DNA of 64,000 nucleotides, from NCBI GenBank assembly GCA_034780895.1, contig JAUZTB010000118.1:12211888-12275887 (forward strand). The letters run 5' to 3'. Both the position numbers and the translations under genes were made by a program. The stretch is from Rhynchobatus australiae (taxonomy: Eukaryota). Position 1 is the first letter of the stretch, and the number at the start of each line of letters is the position of its first letter. Below are positions 53,391 to 64,000 of the stretch, piece by piece. A model generated the notes under the pieces. That model saw only the letters and a list, made by a program, of their open reading frames with translations. It was not told the origin of the DNA and did no database searches.

Positions 53391-55049
53391 NNNNNNNNNN
53401 ATGCACAAAAAATAGAAATCCCAAACTCAGCAAATATTTGAGCTTGCCGAGGTTAATGTTTAATGAGAGATCTTTATCATTAGTTAAATGCAGACCACTG
53501 GCTGTGCTGGAAGTACAGACTTGGGTTCATTTTTTAATTATTAACTTTGTGCTCTGCAGAGGTACCTGCACCTTCATTGCAAAGAGTTCATACATAAGTT
53601 GCATGCATTTCTGGGGTGACTAATTACAAGAAACTAATGTTCGAATACGTTGCTTGGTGTTTTAACTGCAAGATGCTTCAAAACCTACCTTGAAATCACT
53701 TGGGGAAAGGCAGAAGCTGGTTGGCTTTAAGTTATTCTGCATTCATTTGTCTGGAATGTTATAGAGGAAGCTGTCTGAAAATAGTTCATCAAAAAACAAA
53801 AACCACATTGGTGGTGATGCACTATAAAATGTAAGCTTATCTATGAATGCATTCTTTTTAATGATCTGTTTTTATTTTTTCCTTACGAATTGCATTATGA
53901 CTTTTATTTCTTTGTTTACCTTCCCCAGCCCAACCACATCATCCCTGTCTTAGCATATAAGTGGCATTCAACTAAACCATGTGGAGGTAGTGGAAAATCA
54001 CCTGTCTGTTGGTTGTTCTGCCTATGCTGGCTTAGCATATGGTGGTGCAGTAACATTGGTTTGAGTTGAGTATTAACCTGATAGTACAAGTGTCCGCATC
54101 AAGGGCTTGGCTCTTTTGGTAAAGCCTTGAAGGTTTAAAATGTTCCCTGAGCTGGTTTCATAACTACAGATTAAAGTTTTTTTTTACACTACTGCTTACT
54201 GCTGTAAAAGTAATAACTTTGTGTGTTGCAGTTCATCGATGTATTTTTCTGCAGTGTTATGGTTTTAAATATGCTTTTTTAATATTATAATAAAAGTGTA
54301 ACTTTTAAAAACAGAATCCTCAATTGAGGAGAAACAAATGATCTGAACCGCAGCAGGTGCTTCCATGGCATTTAATGAAAACACTTGTTCAGTGTTGGAT
54401 TTTGTGCTTTTTAAAAAAAAACTTCCTGTTTCAATCTTCCTCCAGCAGACAGATGAATAACAGTAGAAAATATAAAGTTGTACATCTGTACTGTTCATAA
54501 ATGGTTTATTAAAAGCTTATATAGTTGGTTTTGCTTCGAGTTTGAATAGGTTCTTAATTGTATTTGGTTGAGTTTTTTGGCTGTTATTCCCATTGTGATA
54601 TTGATTACCAAGTGGCAATGTTGCAGTGAAGTCAGCTTTTGAGTGATGTTAAATGAAGGAATGTATCGTTGTGCTTTGATTTGGACCTACTTTCATCTTG
54701 AAAACTTACTAGGCGAAAGTGAATGCTTCATTCCAAACACTAAGGTATTTCAAGAGCAAAGCTTTATATATGTAAGCAAGTTTGTGCAGAGCTTCGCCCT
54801 CGGAGTATGTATGTGTGTATTCTTCCTGTTGGACTTTGCACTATTACCACCCATGCCTATATGGTTGCTTTATAAGGTCAGTTGATGCNNNNNNNNNNAA
54901 CTTTGTTAGATAATTTAACTGGGATTTATATTTTGTCAATTTTTAATGAATTATAGGTATTTTGAAATGTGCTGTATTTTAGTTCACCTTAGACTTGGTG
55001 TTCCAGGATTGAAATAGATTTAAAATAGTGTAAATCTTTCTAAATATTA

Positions 55050-55478
55050 ACACTTCTTGGAATGAACTAGCTGTGTCTGCTGCCAAATACATTGAGGAGC
55101 CTACGTGCTGCAGTTAAGGTTTTGTCAGCCTGCCAAAAGTGGGATGTACCAAACTGGAACCCATAAATGTGAAATAGAGAATTTTTAGTGTTAATATATT
55201 CTGCAGGATTTTGAATTGTATACTATTTCTGTTTAAATGTAGTTTTTCCATTTACTGAATTTTGAAATTGAAATATAAGATGATACTGAAATGCACTGCA
55301 TATAGGAAATGAGCAGGAGTGGTCTGGTGACATTATCTTGATTGGATTGGCTGTGGTGTATGATGTAAGAGGTTACAGTGCAGCCCTTCATAGGTTTTAA
55401 AATGAATTCCAAGACACCATTATAAAAAGACTGCATTTGTTCTTATGATTGACCCTGAACAGCAGTGCTTGAATCTTA
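55050..55478 (+). promoter_or_regulatory. pik3r1: Putative internal promoter for the p55-alpha isoform
   Basis: TTCTTGGAA at 55054, TACGTG at 55102, ATTGGATTGG at 55341, TGATGTAA at 55361 and TATAAAAA at 55421, directly upstream of the p55-alpha coding segment. Confidence 0.5.
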
Positions 55479-55584
55479 TTGTGCAATACTGTTTGGAATA
55501 TGGAAGAGCTAGAATTAGACTACCGTAGAACAGAACTTCACTGTGCCACAGATTTGATGTTTTACATAGAAATGGATCCACCAG
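55479..55584 (+). CDS. pik3r1: p55-alpha alternative first coding exon (TTG at 55479; first ATG at 55500)
   Basis: (L)CNTVWNMEELELDYRRTELHCATDLMFYIEMDPP matches the recalled p55-alpha N-terminus MYNTVWNMEDLDLEY...TDLMFYIEMDPP; donor CAG|GTAAAG, phase 1 to exon 8. Confidence 0.93.
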
Positions 55585-55907
55585 GTAAAGCTGCAATGAA
55601 ACCAAGCCAGCATTGGTTTTAATGTATATGTGTACAGTTTTTGCATATTAGAAACTTGTATGTTATCCTTTTTAAAAGTGAGCAATGCAGGTTATAGAAT
55701 ATTTTTAATCTGTCAGAAGAGGTATGTCATGTTTATTGTGAATGAGGAACATTTCCCACAACCCACATTTCTTCCCCCCCCCTCCCCCCCATCTCTTTGT
55801 ACCAGACCCATTAACTTAAGAGCTGTATGGGAATACTTTAGTTATTGCTTGTAATTCTATTTAACAACAGATAAAACTAGCTATATTTATCCTTGCAAGA
55901 ATGTTGA

Positions 55908-56046
55908 ATGACCAAAAGAAATTTTCCAAAAATGTTTTCTTGCTGTAAGGTTGATAAGCCGATGTTTAGCAAGATACATCACAGTAAATATTCCTTAGAG
56001 CTAACTGCTAATGTTAAAAGAGTACATTTAGAAAAAAAATACCAAG
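55908..56046 (+). CDS. Candidate unannotated alternative first coding exon (46 codons)
   Basis: ATG-initiated open frame ending CAAG|GTAAGT in phase 1, compatible with exon 8; no recognised homology. Confidence 0.4.
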
Positions 56047-57937
56047 GTAAGTGATTACCTAATAATGATTTTAAAGAAGCCTCTGAATCTGCACCAAAAA
56101 ATTGAACTTGTATTTAATAAGCATCCTAGTGATGTTTTATTGAGACCAGTGCAGGATTCATTTGACATTAAAATGATGTGCAATGTTAAATTCTAGTTTC
56201 ATGATACAAGGACTGAATTTTAAGAGGAAAGTTGCGCATTCCAGGATTGCTTGTGCAGTAGGAACTGAAGAATGTCTGTACTTCAGCAGCCAAATTGATG
56301 AAATGCTGCTTCACTTTAAACTCTAACGTTGACCTAATATCACAATGCTGATTTTTCTGCTTTTAATTTTAACCCTATTTTGATTTGTATATAGTTCCAA
56401 TTAACCACGCTGTAGAATATTTACCCTGAATTGTAACACTAATAAATTAGGAATAATATGCAGCTTTTAATCAGTAATCTGTTCTATGTTAAATTGTGTT
56501 TAAAATATATGGGGAAAATACAGTGGGTCTCTGAACAAATACAAGCAAGAATATTTTGTAAATTCATTTGAATTAGCTAACGTAGTCAAGGGTTTTTTAA
56601 TCTGCATTTTTAGATACCAATATTATATAATAGAGCCTGGTTCATTTTCTTTCCTGTGACATACTTAATGTGCAACTGAAAACCTATAAAGAGCCCGACT
56701 GTGTTTAGTGTCTGTATATTAATGACTAATCTTTGACGGTTTAATGTCCACTGGAGCTGAAAAAAATTCTGCAGTATTGTTTTTATTGGCTGTAGAATTT
56801 ATTTCTGTATGGTTCATTTAAAGAGCTTTTGAGCAGGGTTTCAGTGCAGTATCTTAACTCTTGCATAGCCATTTTCTTTTTTGCCTCCCCACCACCCCCC
56901 TCCCCCAAATCAAACAATTGAAGGACTTGAGTGGATCTGGAATACATTTTGATTTTTTTTGGTAAACCAAAGATTGGTAGGAGAGTATTTGAACGTTGAA
57001 GCAGAAACAGCTTTAATGTCAGATTTAATCTGACAGGTGTGCTAAGGTTTGCTGTATTGAATACCTCACTTATATATTAAAAAAATTTCAGTGACTTTAT
57101 TTCCTGATGCTATATAATCCCTGTTATGGTGATTATTTGAACATACTTTTGCTTGGGAAGCTTCTTAAATCCAGGTGTGTGTACTTTTTTCATACCTATT
57201 TGTTTTAAAAAGTGCTCTGGAATACTTTTGACTTAATTTGGTGCATGCTTTGACAATTGCTTTAGAACTTATTAACGTAAGTAATATGTGAGAATTGTCC
57301 TACAAAAAATAAGCCAAGGTATTTCAGTATAGAGCTAGACCAGCAATTAAGTTGCAATTGTGCACTGCCCATTATCAGTTAAAAGCATTTTGGAGCACCT
57401 TTGGTTTGCACTTACCCACATATAGAATTTATAGAGAAAAACTGGATTCTCCAAAGCTGAATTGGAGAGAGAGGCTCATTCTTATTGCAGTTTGTAATGT
57501 CTCCATATTGTGGAATGTTCTATTTCCTTGGGGTATATTTCCCTGGGCTGGAATAGTGTATTCAACCCCTGCATTTCAGTCATATTTAAATCAACCCCCT
57601 TAATTAAGTAATACTTGATTTCTAGTTTGTTGCCAAAGTGTGCTGTTAACACAAAATGATATATTCTTGTAAAGCTAAGCAGCATCCATTTTAACCATAA
57701 CCAACTGCAATGCTCTTAAAAACACTGTTACATTTAACTACTGTGTATGTAATTAAACATTTGAGAATAGCAAATTTAAAATGTATTCACTTTGATATTT
57801 GACGAAACTTCTGAAACCCTCACTATTATTCATATGGCTGGCGTGTTATTATAAAATGGATTTGTTATATTATAGAAAAAGAAGCATTTTAGTATTTTAA
57901 AATTGTTCTTAGGTTTCTTTATTTTCAATTCATGCAG

Positions 57938-58040
57938 CTTTGCCTCCGAAGCCACCAAAATCCACACCCGTAACTAATAACGGGATAAGTAGTAACATGT
58001 CTCTACAAGATGCTGAATGGTACTGGGGAGACATTTCAAG
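57938..58040 (+). CDS. pik3r1: Exon 8 (proline-rich region 2, start of nSH2); first exon common to all isoforms
   Basis: tgcag|...[35 protein letters not shown]|gtgagt; 103 nt. Confidence 0.97.
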
Positions 58041-58437
58041 GTGAGTCTGTAAGCTTAAAAGTTCTTTGTCTTTTTAAAAAATATAGTAACACTTTAGTTC
58101 AGCCCTAAGATGCAGCTAAAATTGCTAGCCTGTTATAGATATGAGTGCAAAGCAGGAAATGTGACTAAACATAAACACCAAACCAGAAGCTATCTTAATT
58201 ATTTGAATAGCTAAAGTGGAGTCATTGTGTATGTGGTAAAGGAGACAATTTGAAGATATTAATTAAATTGGAGAAGAAATGTTCACCAAGTCGAAGTTAG
58301 TGTTGTTAGAAGGACATTTTTGTCCTGCAACAGGCAGGTTAAAACAACAAGACAAAATGACAAAATGTTAAGTTTAATTTTTCCTCTGCTTAATTCCTAA
58401 CCTACATCCTGCTGCTTGCAGAAGGATAATAGTATAA

Positions 58438-58557
<120 letters not shown>

Positions 58558-58644
58558 TGAGTTTTCTGAATATTTATAAACTTTTCTTCACTTTTTGCCA
58601 AGTCACGATGTAGTGTTTTGCCAAACTTAAACTGGAAAATGTGA

Positions 58645-58863
<219 letters not shown>

Positions 58864-59703
58864 TGATGGTGGCATCAATTTAAGACAAATGTGCTTTGTT
58901 GGGCTTGTGCAGAGTTAAAGTCTGATTTCTTACCTTCACGATACAAAAGCAGTCCTCCTGAATTATAACAAGTTTTCTTTGTATTTAATATAAGTATAAA
59001 GGAAAGTTAATGATGTTGGGTCAGATCTTGCTAACAAGTGCCACTGCCTATGAACACCATCCATGGCCACCACATACCCATACATACAGCATACAGATGT
59101 ACAAGACCCAGCTTTCTGGCCCATTGGTATCCTGGCTCCAGCAGCGTAGACTCCCTAGCAGCACAATCTCCAATGGTGACTGATAGGCCTAGCATCTGAA
59201 ACGCTCTGTCAAAAGCTTTGACACTGACAAAATTCCACTATCAGCTTTGGTGGCTTTACCATCTGTGGTTAAATGTCCCTGATTATCCCTGATGTTCTGA
59301 AACTACATTCATTTATGATACAAGGAAGGCTTATCTTAAAACACATAATTTAACACATTTTACTCATTATTTTAGCCTAGGTTAAAGAAAGAAGGAATTT
59401 GCCTTCCTCTTCTAATCCTCATTAAAATCTACTGAAGTTGCAAATCTTGTGCCAGGTCCAACCTGGGGAATCTCAGCAGGACTGAGTTTGCCGTTGGACT
59501 CGCAGTGGGAAGCGAAAGATTCGACATTCTGAATCTGTCATTGAACTTTAGGACTTGTACAGAAGTCTTAGATTTCCATTTAAAGTGGCTAAAAATCAAT
59601 TCTCTTTGTTTGAAACTGCTAATATCTACCAGCAAGATCTGATTCATAAATGAGTTTTTTTCATTATGCCATGGGTTAACCCAATGTTTTTGGATGATGC
59701 TAG

Positions 59704-59982
<279 letters not shown>

Positions 59983-60093
59983 TGAATTGCTAATCATTCT
60001 CATTTAATAAAATTTTGTGTTTTTTAAACTGTAACAAAATTTGGTTACCAAACATGTTGAATTTGTTCGTTACTTTTTTTTATTTTCAATTAG

Positions 60094-60249
<156 letters not shown>

Positions 60250-60409
60250 TAACTTACTAGGTTTTGAGCAAAAACAAAGATGATATTTCATTTCCAGGCA
60301 ATTGTAAATGTTATGTAAAATCTCACTGTTTTATTTGAGATGTAGTTTGCAAGTATTTACACTAAGCTTGAAAGTAATTTCCGTGTCAGCTGTGGTGACA
60401 GTATGGAAG

Positions 60410-61148
60410 TCGGTACCACACAGAATGGTTTAGGCCTAGTTAATGGAAGGCTACATAAATGTATAGGAGAGAAGGAAATATAAAGTCATGGGAGAAGGTT
60501 CAAGTGGAGCATGAATGACATAGACTGGTTTAGGACTTTTCAATAATATTTATTTCATATAAAAATATAGTGCAGAAACCAATTACTTGGTCCAACTGGT
60601 CTATGCCCATATTTATATTCCAAATGAGCCTTAATGTTTGTTTTTCATAGACTCCAAGTTCCTCTTTTCTCATTGTCTATCCATATGCATGGAGCCTAAT
60701 TACATCAATCATAGCTGTTTCAACTGCTATGTGTAACAGCAGGTTCTGCATTCTTGCTGAGCAGTGTAAAGTAAACTTCTGCTAGATTCTTTGTGATGGC
60801 TATCTTTTCTTGTCTCACTGTGTTAGACTTGGCCACAATTGGAAACCAGTTTTTCCATGCCTGTCCAATTAAACCTCTTATTTTGAAGAACCTTCCTGTC
60901 TCTCATTCTTTTTCTTATCTCCAAAAGACGAAGATGATCAATAATCTGCTTTATCTTTTCTGATCGTTCTATCCTCAAGTTGTTAAACTTTTCTGTATTC
61001 ATTGCAGTGCTTCATTGTATTTTATGAAGTTCAGAAATGCACACACTACTCCAGATGTTGTGTAGTGTAGCTACATTCTATATAAATTACTATTTGCCAT
61101 ATAGTTGTTGGATTCAATTCCAGAGGAATAGAATCCAGTATTTACTCT
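60410..61148. mobile_element. Decayed CR1-like fragments
   Basis: ttggtccaactggtctatgcc...; cagaaatgcacacactactccagatgttg resemble minus-strand CR1 3' regions. Confidence 0.45.
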
Positions 61149-62401
61149 NNNNNNNNNNNNNNNNNNNNNNNNNNNNNNNNNNNNNNNNNNNNNNNNNNNN
61201 NNNNNNNNNNNNNNNNNNNNNNNNNNNNNNNNNNNNNNNNNNNNNNNNNNNNNNNNNNNNNNNNNNNNNNNNNNNNNNNNNNNNNNNNNNNNNNNNNNNN
61301 NNNNNNNNNNNNNNNNNNNNNNNNNNNNNNNNNNNNNNNNNNNNNNNNNNNNNNNNNNNNNNNNNNNNNNNNNNNNNNNNNNNNNNNNNNNNNNNNNNNN
61401 NNNNNNNNNNNNNNNNNNNNNNNNNNNNNNNNNNNNNNNNNNNNNNNNNNNNNNNNNNNNNNNNNNNNNNNNNNNNNNNNNNNNNNNNNNNNNNNNNNNN
61501 NNNNNNNNNNNNNNNNNNNNNNNNNNNNNNNNNNNNNNNNNNNNNNNNNNNNNNNNNNNNNNNNNNNNNNNNNNNNNNNNNNNNNNNNNNNNNNNNNNNN
61601 NNNNNNNNNNNNNNNNNNNNNNNNNNNNNNNNNNNNNNNNNNNNNNNNNNNNNNNNNNNNNNNNNNNNNNNNNNNNNNNNNNNNNNNNNNNNNNNNNNNT
61701 TTTATCTACTTTTTCCTTTTGATTCTTAGAATTAATTAAGGTTGTGTAAAAACTATTTTGGGAATCCATGTAAACTATTCGTTTTCATTTCGTCTTCTAG
61801 ATGTTTTGTCATCTCTTTACCATAATGCCTCTAGTGTCTTGCCTGTTTAAAAATAAAAGATCAAGACAAATGGTCTGAGGTGGCAACTAATCCAGGAACT
61901 TTTTTTTGTTTGAAAGTATGAATTACATTCCTGACTGTCCACCCTCTATCATTCAATTTTCCACGTTGAACTAGTATCTAAATATTATAAGATTATATGT
62001 TCCATCTGGTAATGCAATCCTTTTGAACCTGGGATCTTCCCCCACCCCCCCAACTTTTTTTTAAACTTACTATTGTAACATTCTTTCTTAACTTTGAAAG
62101 CTCAGATAAAATATTTCCATTTTCTTGATGCAGTTTCAATTTGACTATGGGGTTATCTAGCTTGACTCTTGGCTTGCTACATTTTATATTTACTTATTTT
62201 ATAGTAGAATATTTTTGTTTAATAGTCTGCAATATTTTCATTTTCCTTTATTGCTTAACTGTCAGTCATCAGTTTTCTGAGTCATCTGTATGGTTTTTGA
62301 TTTTCCCAGCTACATCAGATTTTTAGTGTAATGTATTTCAGAAAGTCTAGTTTTGAACCATTTCAAAAGGCTGGATTTCTTTGTTGTGATGACATAAGTG
62401 A

Positions 62402-62662
<261 letters not shown>

Positions 62663-62694
62663 TAAGCAAAATACCTAATGGTCATTTAAACTTC

Positions 62695-62810
62695 ATGGTG
62701 CTGGAAATACTTGGGAGGTGAGGCAGAATGTCTCCATAGATGCTGCCTGACTTGCTGGGTATTTCCAGCATTTTGTTTCAATTTCACATTTCCAATATCC
62801 ACATTATTTC
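62695..62810. mobile_element. Short Penelope-derived fold-back remnant
   Basis: tgctggaaatac...aggcag followed by ctgcctgac...gtatttccagca (complementary halves). Confidence 0.6.
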
Positions 62811-63169
62811 GGGCTTTGAAACTTTCTTTTTCATTATTAGAAAACAAATGTGTAGCAGTCAAATGAGTATAACTTAAGCATAATTTGCTTCATAATATTT
62901 GGGTTGTAATCTTTAGTGTTATCGTTTAGAATAGAATACATATTGCATTTTGTTTCACTGGCGAGAAATAAAATTAACACCTTCGGTATGACAGTTGACT
63001 ACCAATGCAGAGTTTGTGATTGTGATATCAAAAACATCAGCAGCCATAACTAGATTGTTCCTTTACCCAATGTAGTAATGTAAGGAGATTATAAGTAATG
63101 ACTTAAGTATCACACCTACTTGCTCAATAATAATTCACTTCCATCAATTTTACTTTTTTATTCTTAAAG

Positions 63170-63244
63170 GTGGTTGACGCAAAAGGGAGTTCGACAAAAG
63201 AAGATTAATGAGTGGCTTGGCATTAAGAATGAGAATGCTGAAGA
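63170..63244 (+). CDS. pik3r1: Exon 14 (end of iSH2)
   Basis: taaag|...WLTQKGVRQKKINEWLGIKNENAE...|gtaagt; 75 nt. Confidence 0.95.
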
Positions 63245-63349
63245 GTAAGTGACTTTCATTTTTAACTACTTTTAAAAAAGGCAATGCACAACTTTTTCAT
63301 GGTGCTTTTTTCCATTTTGATGCTTTAACAGTAAATGTTTTTGTTTTAG

Positions 63350-63520
63350 TCAATACTCTATGGTGGAGGATGATGAAGATCTACCTCATCACGATGAACG
63401 AACTTGGAATGTAGGGAGTATTAACAGGACTCGAGCAGAGAGCCTTCTAAGAGGAAAACGGGATGGAACGTTCTTGGTCCGAGAAAGTAGCAAGCCCGGC
63501 TGTTACGCATGCTCAGTCGT
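63350..63520 (+). CDS. pik3r1: Exon 15 (Tyr607/Ser608 region, first half of cSH2); final exon is outside the window
   Basis: tttag|...[22 protein letters not shown]...[20 protein letters not shown]|gtatgt; 171 nt. Confidence 0.96.
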
Positions 63521-64000
63521 GTATGTAATCTCATCCTTTGCAGCAAATTTTCTGTGTGTGTGTAAAAACTTGCCTCTTATGAAACAATTTAACACAATTC
63601 TCTGGGTACTACAGAGATTTGTCAATACAATGGATTACCTTTTGAAGTACAACCTGTCTCCAGGTAACAAATGGGTTCCTTTTCATTTACAGATGTCCAT
63701 AAGTCAATTTTGTCTGTAAATCTGAAAATCACTCTGGTAAACATACCTCCACAGTATTGTAATGAATGGCANNNNNNNNNNNNNNNNNNNNNNNNNNNNN
63801 NNNNNNNNNNNNNNNNNNNNNNNNNNNNNNNNNNNNNNNNNNNNNNNNNNNNNNNNNNNNNNNNNNNNNNNNNNNNNNNNNNNNNNNGGGAGCTCATTCA
63901 TATGTGGAGATGTCCATAGGACGTGCATTTGTAACAAGGGATAACCTGTATTGTTGCCTTGAATGTGAACACAGTTACTATTTTACAGGATTGCACATGA

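Noticed and set aside
53603-53621. ATG CAT TTC TGG G|GTGACT as a phase-1 p50-alpha exon
   Set aside because: Weak donor, and only MH matches the known N-terminus.
57906-57937. Upstream AG 25 nt before the exon 8 acceptor
   Set aside because: It would frameshift all phase-1 upstream exons and does not rescue the 53817 candidate.
61037-61769. 230-aa ORFs in the track (also those at 15.8 kb, 22.3 kb, 47.2 kb and 63.7 kb)
   Set aside because: Artefacts of reading through N gaps.

Overview
Vertebrate genomic DNA with many N gaps. The repeat content (CR1-like and L2-like LINEs, tRNA-derived SINEs, Penelope-like relics) points to a cartilaginous fish, possibly a ray or sawfish relative; this is inference. 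The window holds almost all of pik3r1 (PI3K regulatory subunit p85-alpha) on the + strand: a CpG-island promoter and non-coding exon 1 (~2950-3500), then 14 coding exons (5512-63520; 2003 nt of open frame covering SH3, BH/RhoGAP, nSH2, iSH2 and the start of cSH2). The last exon lies beyond the window. All internal exons have GT-AG boundaries and consistent phases. The most interesting region is intron 7. Its p55-alpha first exon has TTG where mammals have the initiator ATG. An unnamed 46-codon ATG-initiated frame ends at a perfect, in-phase donor and may be a new first exon with an N-terminal MFSCCK motif. A possible p50-alpha-like exon is out of frame. Also seen: an in-frame alternative acceptor next to Tyr607/Ser608, a uORF-rich 5' leader, Penelope-derived fold-back elements carrying minimal hammerhead-ribozyme cores, and a perfect inverted duplication inside an old Penelope copy. 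Human comparisons are recalled from memory and were not searched.
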